In this document: in pieces, positions 24,390 through 35,900 of the stretch
Layout of the letters: each line of letters opens with the position of its first letter
Numbering within the stretch: position 1 is the stretch's first letter
Assembly (NCBI RefSeq): GCF_004010195.1
Contig: NC_057718.1
Span: forward strand, 102,160,079 to 102,224,078
DNA length: 64,000 nucleotides
Direction of reading: 5' to 3'
From: Chiloscyllium plagiosum
Lineage: Eukaryota
Made by a program: the position numbers and the translations under genes
Notes under the pieces: model-generated
Database searches by the model: none
Told to the model about the DNA's origin: nothing
What the model saw: the letters and a program-made list of their open reading frames with translations, nothing else

Positions 24390-26303
24390 TCCCAAAATAT
24401 AAGAAATATGGTAAATGAGCTTGTGGTGTAGATTGAAATTGTTGGGTATGAGGTGGTGGGCATCAGTGTGATGTGGCTGCAGGGATCAGGATTGGGGGTG
24501 GAATATTCAATGATGTACATCTTATTGAAAAGATAGGCAGGTGGGCTGAGGGGTGGGGTTGTCTTATTAGTAAGAAATTAAGTTAAGTCAATACTAAGAA
24601 ACAAAGTAGGGTCAGATGGTGTAGAATCTGTGTGGGTAGAATTGAGGAACCACAAAAGGTGAAAAAAAATTGTTGGAGTCATGTACAGGTCTCCAAACAT
24701 TAGTCAGGAGCTGGGGCGCAAGATACACCAGGAGATAGAAAAGATGTGTAGGAAAGGCAAAGTTACAGTGATCATGGGGGACTTCAACATGCAGGCGGAC
24801 TGGGAAAATCAGGTTGTTACTGGATTGCAAGAAAAAGAATTTGTGGAATGTCTATGAGATGGCTTTTTGGAACAGGTTGTGGAGGAGCCCAGAAGGGAAC
24901 AGGCAATACTGGATTTAGTGTTGTGCAATGAGGCAGATTTGATAAGGGAGTTTAAGGTGAAGGAACCCTTAGGAAGCAGTGATCATAATATGATTGAATT
25001 TACTCTGCAGGTTGAGAGGGAGAAGATAGAATCAGAGATAACGATATTACAGCCTATTAAAGGCAACTACAGAGGCATGAGGGAGGAGCTGAATGGGAGA
25101 GGAGCTCAGCAGGAAAGACAGTGGAACAGCAATGGCAGGAGTTTCTGGGAGTAACTGAGGAGGTATAGTAAGGATGCATCCCGAGGGAAAAGAAGCATGG
25201 TACAGGGAGGATGAGGGAACCGTGGCTGACGAGGGAAGTCAGGGACAACATAAAAGCAAAAGGGAAAGCACATAATGTGGCTAAGGGCAGTGGGAAACTA
25301 GACAACTGGGAAGCGACAAAGACCAACAATGGGCAACAAAAATAGAAATAAGGAGGGAGAAGATTAAATATGAGGGTGAGCTAACCAGTAATATAAAGGA
25401 AGACTGTAAGAGTTTCTTTAGATATATAAACAGCAAAAGTGAGGCAAAAGTGGGCCACTGGAAAATGACATGAGAGAGGTAGTAGTGGGGAACTAGGAAA
25501 TGGCTGAGGAACTGAATAATTACTTTGCATCAGTGTTCATGGTGGGAGACACGAATAATATCCCAAAAATTCAAGAGAGTGGGGAGATAGAGCTGAGTAT
25601 GGTGACCATCACCAAGGAGAAGGTGTTAGAAAAACTGCATGGCCTGAAGGTGGATAAATCACTGGGACCAGATGGACTACACCCCAGAGTTCAAAGGGAG
25701 ATAACTGAAGAGATAGTGGAGGTGTTAGTGGTGATCTTTCAGGATCCCTAAAATTAGGGAGGGTCCCAGAGGACTGGAAAATCACTAATGTGACACATCT
25801 GTTTAAAAAGGGATTAAGGTGAAAGATGGAAAATTACAGACTGATTTGCTGACACTTGGTCATGGGTAAGATCCTGGAATCCATTGTGAAGGATGAGATT
25901 TCTGAATACTTGAAAATGTATGATAAAATAGGGCAAAGTCAGCATGGTTACATCAAGGGGAGGTCATGCCTGACAAACCTTTGAAGAAGTAACAGGCTGA
26001 TTAAATCAAAGAGAGCCAATGGGTGTTATCTATCTGGACTTCAAGAAGGCCTTTGACCAGGTGCCGCACAGGAGGGTACTGAGTAAGATAAGGGCCCATG
26101 GTGCTAGAGGCAATATGCTAGCATGGATAGAAGCTTGGCTGCTTGGCGGAAAGCAGAGATTGGGGATGAAAGGGTCCTTCTCAGCATAGCAGCCGTGTTC
26201 CATAAGGCTCAGTGTTGGGATCACAACTTTTCACTTTATATATTAACGATCTAGATGAAGGAATTGAGGGCATTCTGGCTAAGTTTGCAGATGGTACAAA
26301 GAT
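24390..26303 (+). mobile_element. CR1 ORF2 pseudogene (APE endonuclease to RT FADD-like motif), inverted relative to the adjacent 3' part
   Basis: MGDFNM, LDLVLCNE, LGSSDHNMIEF, KSLGPDGLHPRV, YLDFKKAFD, KFADGTKI. Confidence 0.9.
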
Positions 26304-26597
26304 AGATTAGATTAGATCCCCTACAGTGTGGAAACTGGCCTTTCGGCCCAACAAGTCCACACCGAACCTCTGAAGAGTACCCCACCCAGACCCATTTCCC
26401 TATGACTGATGTACCTAACACTATGGACAATTTAGCATGGTCAATTCAGCTAACCTGTACATCTTTGGATTGTGGGAGGAAACCCACGCAGACACAGGGA
26501 GAATGTGCAAACTCCACACAGCCAGTCACCCAAAGCTAGAATTGAACCCATGTCCCTAGCGCTGTGAGGCAGCAGTGCTAACCACTGAGCCACCGTG
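26304..26597 (-). mobile_element. HE1-type V-SINE
   Basis: (AGATT)n tail, V-domain and head. Confidence 0.9.
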
Positions 26598-28184
26598 AAC
26601 TTCCCAGGCATGCTAAGATCTGCAACACTCTTATAAAAAGCTAACAGCTGTATTTTAGTAAATTATGTTGAGAAATATTTCTTTGTCAAGTCAATCAGGT
26701 CTGTCAATCGCTACAAATGAACTGATCTTCTTAAATCATCCATCATGTATTTAAAATTTGAAAAAATACTTTTCCACTGAACGTTTGACCTTATTCATTC
26801 CTGCTTTTCTGACAGTAATGACTTATGCTTGTTTATGGATTAGGTCTGAATCTCTCATATTAATTAAAGGGAATAATTTCATATTAGCCAAGATAATGTA
26901 TACTGCATATTTCATACATGGTTACTGAAAGGTGAACTAGAGCATATTCCAACTGCCTAATAAGGCAATACATTCAAATATAATGTCCCCAAATTCTGCC
27001 CTCGTCATGATTGGCTAATGCAACAACTGGTGTCTTGAGTTGAGACACCTGGAGGTTCACATAAACAAAAGTGGCACAAGTCAACAGAGCTACTGATAAA
27101 TTGGAAGGATCCCGTATAATCTAGTACCAGAGGTGAACAGCACAAAAACAAGCAAGTTATGCCAATCCTGTATAAATTAGAGAGTTTTGGTCTCAGCTAA
27201 AGCGTTGTTCTGATACTTCAGAAAGAATGTCAAGGGTTTGGAGGGTACAGAGATTTACCAGATCAGTACCAGAGTTAAGGGAATTTGGTTACATGAAGAA
27301 ATTGGAGAAGCCAGAGTTCTCCTTAAAGTAAAATGACACCAAAGGGTGATTTAACAGTTGAAGTGTTTTGAAAAGTAGATAAGCAGAGACAACATCACAT
27401 GGATCACTGAGTTTCTTCCCTAACTCTCTCGGCCTCTCTGTCCTCCTCAAAGAAGCTCTTTAAAACTGACCTCTTAGATCCAGGCGATAGTCACCTGCCC
27501 TGTTAGCTCCACATGTGGCTCAGGGTGAAATTGCCTTTGATTCCCACAAGCTCTGCTTTTATCACGCTCGAGGTGATATGCAAATACAGTGTGTTGTTGT
27601 GCTGATAGGATCAGTTGCAACTAGGACAGTCACACGGCAAAGTGGAAACATGAAATCAGCAGAAACTCAGTGCCACAGGTGAGAGAAATTGACCCAGAAA
27701 AAAATCCGATGTTTCATGTCAACTGACCTCCCCTTGAGATTTGCAGTAATATCCCACTGACTTCCATTATTCAGAGACATCAAGCAAGGTTTGGAATGCA
27801 GAGAATTGATGGGCGACCCCAGAGCGTAAGGGTTTAATGTGGGTCAGCCTTCAGAGAATCAGGAATCTTTCTAAACTGGGAGAACCTATATAGTATTTTT
27901 ATAAATCAAGTCTTGGCCATTCTTCGGCAGCTTATCACATCCACAACCCTAAAGTGAACAGCCAATGGGGTAAAACTCAGAATGCACAGCGAAATGACCA
28001 TGGACCTTGTCAATTATGGAACAGACTTACCCCGACATCGGACACTGAGTCAACCCACCACAAGATATTGGAGCAGTAGAGTCCAACAGCCCAGAGACAG
28101 AGGCCCTTCAGCCCAAACTGGTCCATACTGACCAAAATGTTTCTCCATGCTAACCCCATTTCCCTGCACTTGGATCATATCCTA

Positions 28185-28281
28185 TCATTCCTGAAGAAGG
28201 GCTTATGCCCGAAACGTCAATTCTCCTGTTCCCTGGATGCTGCCTGACCTGCTGCGCTTTTCCAGCAACACATTTTCAGCC
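28185..28281 (+). mobile_element. Penelope-like pLTR insertion, 9-bp TSD
   Basis: TSD CATATCCTA at 28176-28184 and 28282-28290. Confidence 0.8.
28191..28218 (+). ncRNA. Minimal type I hammerhead ribozyme motif
   Basis: CUGAAGA-A-GGGC-UUAU-GCCC-GAAA-CGUC: core, stem II, palindromic ACGU, GUC triplet. Confidence 0.7.
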
Positions 28282-28521
28282 CATATCCTACTAACCTTTA
28301 CCTATCCATGTATTTGCCCAAATGCCTTTTAAACGTTATAAACGTACCCGCCTCAACCACTTCCATTGGCAGCTCGTTCCATATGCGTACCAACCTCTGT
28401 GTAAAAAAGTTGCCCCTCTGGTTCCCTTTTATTCTTTCCCCTCTAACCTTAAACTGATGCCCTCCACTCCTCGATTCCCCAACCCTGGGGAAAAGACAGA
28501 GTGCATTCACCCGATGCACTC

Positions 28522-29141
28522 AGTTATGGACCAGGTCAGAACCCCTCAAAACTCCAAAAAGGTAATCCTGGCCCTAACCTTGCTCGTTGTTTTAAGCAGG
28601 TGAACAGTGGATATTCCAGGAGAGAATCAGCTGGTCAATCTACTTAGGTTTAAATAAACCAGAGTTTATTTGCAAGATTACCGAATTAAACAAAAACAGG
28701 AGAGAGCAGAATACAGAATAACCTAACCTCTCTGAAAACCCAGCAGATCATCCGAACTTAATGATGCTGTTCCAAATACTTGCACTAATCCCCATAAACA
28801 CCCATTGGTATGAAAGGTAAAATGAAACCCAGGGTCTTAGAGGAGAGAAGCCGGAAAGACAGAGGACCAGCCTAGACCTGTTTCTTTGGGTCCAGCAGCT
28901 TTTTCAACACTACTGATCTAATACCAAACTAAACCAGAGAGAAGCTGACCTGGTAAAACCGGCCGCTCCTCCTTCATTGTTTTTTTTTTAACTTGAAAGC
29001 CTTTAGCCTGAGGCAGTATCTGTTATCTATTATTAAACTGGCCCTAAAACCTTAGACTTTTCAGAGTCTACGTCTTTTAGAACCTCTCTGAAACTAAAAC
29101 CAAGGACACCATAACCTTGTTCAAGAAGCAGCATCATCACA
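28522..29141 (-). mobile_element. Probable solo LTR
   Basis: ~620-bp insert in the CR1, ends AGTTATGG ... CATCACA (near TG...CA), minus-strand AATAAA ~28665; no clear TSD. Confidence 0.5.
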
Positions 29142-29250
29142 AACCAAGCACCTCCACTCCAAGGCCCTGCCTTTCACCATGAAACTCCTGCCTTGATTTG
29201 ACTTTCCAAAATGCAAGACCTTACACTTATCGATATTAAACTCCATTTGT

Positions 29251-29652
29251 GATTTGGAGGAGCCGGTGTTGGACTGGGGTGTACAAAGTTAAAAATCACA
29301 CCACACCAGGTTATAGTCCAACAGGTTTAATTGGAAGCACTAGCTTTCGGAGCATTGCTCCTTCATTTGTTAAAGTTCACTTGAGAATGTAACTTGAAGA
29401 AAGTTCTGGGATTTACATGTGAAAAAACTGAAACCAACATGGTCATTCTAAAAGATGAGAGACTTAACAAACAATCCAGGTCTTTTTCAATATATAATTT
29501 CAGTCACATCACACTATAAACATTTGCTATAAATTCTGTGTCCTACAATCGTATACTCCACAACCACCTGATGAAGGAGCAGCGCTCCGAAAGCTAGTGC
29601 TTTCAAATAAACCTGTTGGACTATAACCCAGTGTTGTGTGATTTTTAACTTC
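29251..29652. mobile_element. Penelope-like (second family) insertion, inverted arm, 13-bp TSD
   Basis: TSD AAACTCCATTTGT at 29238-29250 and 29653-29665. Confidence 0.85.
29565..29599 (+). ncRNA. Minimal hammerhead ribozyme motif (intact core)
   Basis: CAC-CUGAUGA-A-GGAGC-AGC-GCUCC-GAAA-GCUA-GUG: stem I CAC/GUG, palindromic AGCU, CUA triplet. Confidence 0.75.
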
Positions 29653-30073
29653 AAACTCCATTTGTCATTTCTCAGCTCACTCCCCAGCTGATCAAGGTCC
29701 TGCTGCGATTTCTGAGAACCTTCCTTGCTGCCTACAAGACCTCCTATTTTAGTGTCATCTGCAAACTTACTAATCATGCCTTGTACATTCAGCCCATTCA
29801 ATGGAACCCTGGCTGGTCTGATAATCCTCAAATCCACTTTCTTGCCTCTTTCCCATGACCCTGAGTCTCTTCCTGGTTAAAAATCTGTCAGTCTCAGACT
29901 TGAATGTACTTAATGATACATTCTTAACAGCCCTCTGTGGTAGAGAATTACACAGATTCACTCCCCTCTGAGAGTAGAAATTCCCCCTCATCTCTGTCGT
30001 CAATGGGTGACCCCTTATTCTGAGTTGATGCCCTATGGTCCTGGACTACCCCCTGGACAAAAGTGAAACAACA

Positions 30074-30391
30074 GGCAGCACGGTGGCACAGTGGTTAGCA
30101 CGGCTGCCTCACAGCGCCAGCAACCCGGGTTCAATTCCTGCCTCAGGCGACTGACTGTGTGGAGTTTGCACATTCTCCCAGTGTCTGCGTGGGTTTCCAC
30201 CAGGTGCTCCGGTTTCCTCCCATAGTCCAAAAATGTGCAGTTTAGGTGGATTGGTCATGCTAAATTGCCTGTAGTGTTAGGTGCAGGGGTAAATGTAGGG
30301 GAATAGGTCTGGGTGGGTTGTGCTTTGGCGGGTCGGTGTGGACTTGTTGGGCCGAAGGGCCTGTTTCCACAGTGCAAGTAATCTAATCTAA
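30074..30391 (+). mobile_element. HE1-type V-SINE
   Basis: Full length with TAATC tail. Confidence 0.92.
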
Positions 30392-30764
30392 CCTCTCCGT
30401 ACCTTCTGTACAGCTAATGCTACGATACAGTGTCATTCAGCCCATTAAATCTGGGCTGGCCCCTTGTTCCATTCCCCTTTCCAGTCACCATCGCCTTCCA
30501 TAATGCTTCCCCTTTGAGTATTTCTGTTACTGTCTTTTGAAGGTTCCTGTCCATTCTGCTCCCTCACCCCTGCCCATTTAGGCAAGACATTACAACACAC
30601 TGACTAAATATTACCCTCCGTGGGTCACCCCTGTTGTTCTGGGACAGTCAACCTGACCCTTTGACCTGCGATATATTTCATCCTGAAGGTCCTGCTTTCC
30701 TGTCGATTTAAGACTCTTTACATGAAACTCAGAGGGTTCCAATCCCACTCCCGAGACCCAACAC

Positions 30765-31430
30765 CACGGCACCTACACTGAGAGAGTGCTGCACTGTCAG
30801 AAATACTGTCCTTCTGTTAAGGGGACGTTAAACTGAGGGGGCAGGGGGAAATATCCCGAGGTGGCCTCTGCGTGGAAGGGGAATTTGGCCAGACTCCTGA
30901 CTGATCTTGATTCCTTAGCTGAAATCTTGAGTGAAGCTGATTGAGCCACGGTAACTCAGTGGTTAGCACTGTTGCCTCATAGCACCATGAACCCAGGTTC
31001 GATTCCAGCCTTGGGTGACTGTCTGTGTGGAGTTTGCACATACTCCCCGTGTATGCGTGGGTTTCCTCCGGGTGCTCCGGTTTCCTCCCACAGTCCAAAG
31101 ATGTGCAGGTCAGGTGTATTGGCCGTAGTGTTCAAGGGTGTGTGGGTTAGGTGCATTAGTCAGGGGAAGTGTAGAATCATAGATAGGGGGAATGGATCTG
31201 AGTGGATTAATCTTCAGAGTGTTGGTGTTGACTTGTTGGGCTAAATGGCCTGTTTCCACACTGTAGGGATTCTGTGGGTCACTATCAGGTTGTTGACTTT
31301 GGGGTCTTGCTGTGCACATGCATCGGCAGCCTCACAGCAGTGAGTTCATTTGTTCATTTGAAAGAACACTTCATTTGTGAGACACAACCTGAGATTGTAA
31401 AGAAGTGTAATGGAAATACAATGTTTTGTC
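30765..31430 (+). mobile_element. Deu-domain SINE split by an HE1 SINE (30945-31273)
   Basis: GAGTGCTGCACTGTCAGA...GACGTTAAACTGAGG before the HE1, GGGTCTTGCTGTGCAC...GAAATACAA after it. Confidence 0.6.
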
Positions 31431-31755
31431 AACTGTCTACAGGAAGGACATTCCCAATGACTGGGGAGTCTAGAACCAGGGGTCCCACTCTGGGGTCGGC
31501 CACTTCGGACTGAGATGAGAAATCTGAGAAATGTCTTCACCCAGAGAGCGGGGAGCCTGTGGAATTCTCTGCCACAGAAAGCCGTTGAGGCAAGAGCATT
31601 GAGTGTTTCCAAGAATGAGTTAGATGTAGTTTGTCGGTTCTTTTGATCGATCAAGGAAGGTGCAGTCTCCACCCAGTGGCTGAAACCAGTTACAGCAGCA
31701 AAGCCTGGCTGGACTGAGACATTGAGCAGGACATTGCTTTGCCATGGAGCTGGGC

Positions 31756-31815
31756 TCCACTGGGGATTGTGGGATCCACTGGGGATTGTGGGATCCACTG
31801 GGGATTGTGGGATCC
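31756..31815. repeat. 19-bp unit x3 (CCACTGGGGATTGTGGGAT)
   Basis: Direct reading. Confidence 0.9.
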
Positions 31816-32204
31816 AGCCAGGATTACCCTGAGGACTTCAACATGGATAAGGAATAAGGATACTGCTGCATTTATCAGAGCTGCTGTCAGTAATTCCCCA
31901 CCACATGGGGCAGTCCATCAGTTTTGCCTTTACCCCACCTCATTTCAAATTGATGCTCTCAGCTGAACGATGCGTCAGGAACGTGCTGGGGTCCTCCTGA
32001 GAGGGCAGGCGGGGCCGCAGTGGTGGAATGACGGCGCTGACAGTGCAGCACTCCCTCCACGTGGCCCCAAAGTGTCTCCTCCGCGCTCACACCCCACTCC
32101 ATGTCCCCGTCTGGGGGTTCACCCTGGGATCCTCGATGTACCAAGTGGAGGGTGGGGCCGCTATCCGAGGCACCGTGAGTGGGCACCGATTTGATCTGGG
32201 GGAA

Positions 32205-32726
32205 CACTTTTGGGCCTTTTATCTGAGGAAAGGTGGACTGACATTGGAGGTAGTCTGGAGAAGGTTCAATCAGCTGATCCCGGGATGGAGGGACTATCTG
32301 ATGAGGAGATTGGCCCCGTATCCACTGGGAATATAGAACAATGAGAGGCGATGTTATTGAAACATACAATATTCTTAGGAAGGTTGACAGGGTAGATACA
32401 GAAAGATTGGTTGCCCTGGTGGGAGAGTCCAAAACCACAGGGCATCATCTCAGAGTAAGGAGTCATCCAGCGAAGACAGGAATGAGGAGGAATTTCTTCT
32501 CTCAGAGGGGAGTGAGACTGGAATTCTTTACTGCAGAGGCTGGGTATATTCAAGACTGAGAGAGAGAGAGAGACAGACTTCTATTCAGTAAGGGGAAACA
32601 AGGCTATGGGGATCCAGGCAGGAAAGTGGAGTTGAGGGTGATCAGATCAGCCAAGATCTCATTGAATGGGGGAACATGCTTGATGGGCTGAATGGCCTAC
32701 TCCTGCTCCAATGTCTAATGGTCTTA
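32205..32726 (+). mobile_element. CR1 3' fragment
   Basis: MRGDVIETYNIL...RRNFFSQR plus 3'UTR. Confidence 0.88.
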
Positions 32727-32944
32727 GCTGGGGGTAGCCTCCCCCTCCCTCTCTTGATCTTGATGATGCCCCACAGGGGTCAGGGTCCCCACCCCCAAAC
32801 ACAGTGAGAGACTGGTCTAAACACACTCCAGTCATCTCCTTTCAGGCTGACCCCGGGTATTCCGAGGGGTTTCGGTCATTTCACTGCCTCGGACATCCGG
32901 CCCCTGTCTCTGAACAGGGTCAGTGGTTGGAGTGGAAGGAAGCG

Positions 32945-35900
32945 GCCAGAGTGGGGACACCAGTGACCAGTGGTCGGAGTGGGCACAGGGACATCATTGA
33001 CCAGCAGCCGGAGCGGGGACAGGGTCAGCAGTGACCAATGGCCGGAGGGAGGACAGGGACAGCAGTGACCAGCGGCCGGAGTGGGGACAGGGACAGGGTC
33101 AGCAGTGACCAGTGGCTGGAGTGGGGACAGGGGCAGCAGTGACCAATGGCTGGAGTGGGAGCAGGGAAGCAGTGACCAATGGCTGGAGTGGGAGCAGGGA
33201 AGCAGTGACCAGTGGCCGGAGTGGGAACAGGGGCAGCAGTGACCAGTGGCCGGAGCGGGGACAGGGTCAGCAGTGACCAATGGCCAGAGTGGGAGCAGGG
33301 AAGCAGTGACCAATGGCCGGAGTGGGAGCAGGCACAGAAGTGACCAGTGGCCGGAGCGGGGACAGGGACAGCAGTGACCAGCGGCCAGAGGGGAGACAGA
33401 GTCAGCAGTGACCAGCAGCCGGAGTGGGGACAGGGTCAGCAGTGACCAATGGCCGGAGTGGGAGCAGGGTCAGCAGTGACCAGCGTCTGGAGCAGGGAAA
33501 GGGACAGGGACAGCAGTGACCAGCGGCCGGAGTGGGGACAGGGACAGCAGTGACCAGTGGCCGGAGTGGGGAGAGGGACAGCAGTGACCAGTGGCCAGAG
33601 TGGGGACTGGGACAGGGACAGCAGTGACCAGCGGCCGGAGCGGGGACAGGGACAGCAGTGACCAGCGGCCGGAATGGGGACAGGGACAGGGACAGCAGTG
33701 ACCAGTGGCCGGAGCGGGGACACGGACACCAGTGACCAGCGGCCGGAGCGGGGACAGGGACAGCAGTGACCAGCGGCCGGAGTGGGGACATGGACAGCAG
33801 TGACCAGTGGCCGGAGTGGGGANNNNNNNNNNNNNNNNNNNNNNNNNNNNNNNNNNNNNNNNNNNNNNNNNNNNNNNNNNNNNNNNNNNNNNNNNNNNNN
33901 NNNNNNNNNNNNNNNNNNNNNNNNNNNNNNNNNNNNNNNNNNNNNNNNNNNNNNNNNNNNNNNNNNNNNNNNNNNNNNNNNNNNNNNNNNNNNNNNNNNN
34001 NNNNNNNNNNNNNNNNNNNNNNNNNNNNNNNNNNNNNNNNNNNNNNNNNNNNNNNNNNNNNNNNNNNNNNNNNNNNNNNNNNNNNNNNNNNNNNNNNNNN
34101 NNNNNNNNNNNNNNNNNNNNNNNNNNNNNNNNNNNNNNNNNNNNNNNNNNNNNNNNNNNNNNNNNNNNNNNNNNNNNNNNNNNNNNNNNNNNNNNNNNNN
34201 NNNNNNNNNNNNNNNNNNNNNNNNNNNNNNNNNNNNNNNNNNNNNNNNNNNNNNNNNNNNNNNNNNNNNNNNNNNNNNNNNNNNNNNNNNNNNNNNNNNN
34301 NNNNNNNNNNNNNNNNNNNNNNNNNNNNNNNNNNNNNNNNNNNNNNNNNNNNNNNNNNNNNNNNNNNNNNNNNNNNNNNNNNNNNNNNNNNNNNNNNNNN
34401 NNNNNNNNNNNNNNNNNNNNNNNNNNNNNNNNNNNNNNNNNNNNNNNNNNNNNNNNNNNNNNNNNNNNNNNNNNNNNNNNNNNNNNNNNNNNNNNNNNNN
34501 NNNNNNNNNNNNNNNNNNNNNNNNNNNNNNNNNNNNNNNNNNNNNNNNNNNNNNNNNNNNNNNNNNNNNNNNNNNNNNNNNNNNNNNNNNNNNNNNNNNN
34601 NNNNNNNNNNNNNNNNNNNNNNNNNNNNNNNNNNNNNNNNNNNNNNNNNNNNNNNNNNNNNNNNNNNNNNNNNNNNNNNNNNNNNNNNNNNNNNNNNNNN
34701 NNNNNNNNNNNNNNNNNNNNNNNNNNNNNNNNNNNNNNNNNNNNNNNNNNNNNNNNNNNNNNNNNNNNNNNNNNNNNNNNNNNNNNNNNNNNNNNNCGGA
34801 GCGGGGACAGGGTCAGCAGTGACCAGTGGCTGGAGTGGGGACAAGGACAGGGTCAGCAGTGACCGGTGGCCAGAGTGGGGACAGGGACAGGGTCAGCAGT
34901 GACCAGTGGCCGGAGCGGGGACAGGGTCAGCAGTGACCAGTGGCCGGAGTGGGGATAGGGGCAGGGTCAGCAGTGACCAGTGGCCGGAGTGGGGACAGGG
35001 GCAGCAGTGACCAGTGGCCAGAGTGGGGACAGGGACAGGGTCAGCAGTGACCAGTGGCCGGAGTGGGGACAGGGGCAGCAGTGACCAATGGCTGGAGTGG
35101 GAGCAGGGAAGCAGTGACCAGTGGCCGGAGTGGGGACTGGGACAGGGACAGCAGTGACCAGCGGCCAGAGCGGGGACAGGGACAGCAGTGACCAGCAGCC
35201 GGAATGGGGACAGGGACTGGGACAGCAGTGACCAGCGGCCGGAGCGGGGACACGGACAGCAGTGACCAGTGGCCGGAGTAGGGACAGGGACAGCAGTGAC
35301 CAGCGCTGGAGTGGGGACAGCGTCAGGGACAGCAGTGACCAATGGCCGGAGTAGGGACAGGGACAGCAGTGACCAGCGGCCGGAGTGGGGACAGGGACAG
35401 CAGTGACCAGTGGCCGGAGTGGGGATTGAGACAGCAGTGACCAGCGGCTGGAGTGGGGATTGAGACAGCAGTGACCAGCGGCTGGAGTGGGAGCAGTGGT
35501 GGCAGTGACCTGCGGCCGGAGTGGGGACAGGGATGGCAGTGACCAGCGGCTGGATTGGGGACAGGGATGGCAGTGACCAGTGGCCGGAGTGGGGACAGGG
35601 ACAGGGTCAGCAGTGACCAGTGGCCGGAGCGGGGACAGGGTCAGCAGTGACCAGTGGCCGGAGAGGGGAGCAGGGACAGGGACAGCAGTGACCAGCGGCC
35701 GGAGCGGGGACAGGGTCAGCAGTGACCAGCGGCCGGAGTAGAGACAGGGTCAGCAGTGACCAGCGGCCGGAGCGGGGACTGGGTCAGCAGTGACCAGTGG
35801 CCGGATTGGGGACAGGGACAGGGACAGCAGTGACCAGTGGCCAGAGTGGGGACAGGGACAGCAGTGACCAGTGGCCGGAGTGGGGACAGGGACAGGGTCA

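Larger units (their letters stand above)
28095..29790 (-). mobile_element. CR1 fragment interrupted by two PLE insertions and a probable LTR
   Basis: ORF 28298-28519 (NFFTQRLVRIWNELP) and KFADDTKIGG near 29760. Confidence 0.85.

Noticed and set aside
33402..34902. 346-480 aa ORFs
   Set aside because: Artefacts of the N-gap and satellite translation
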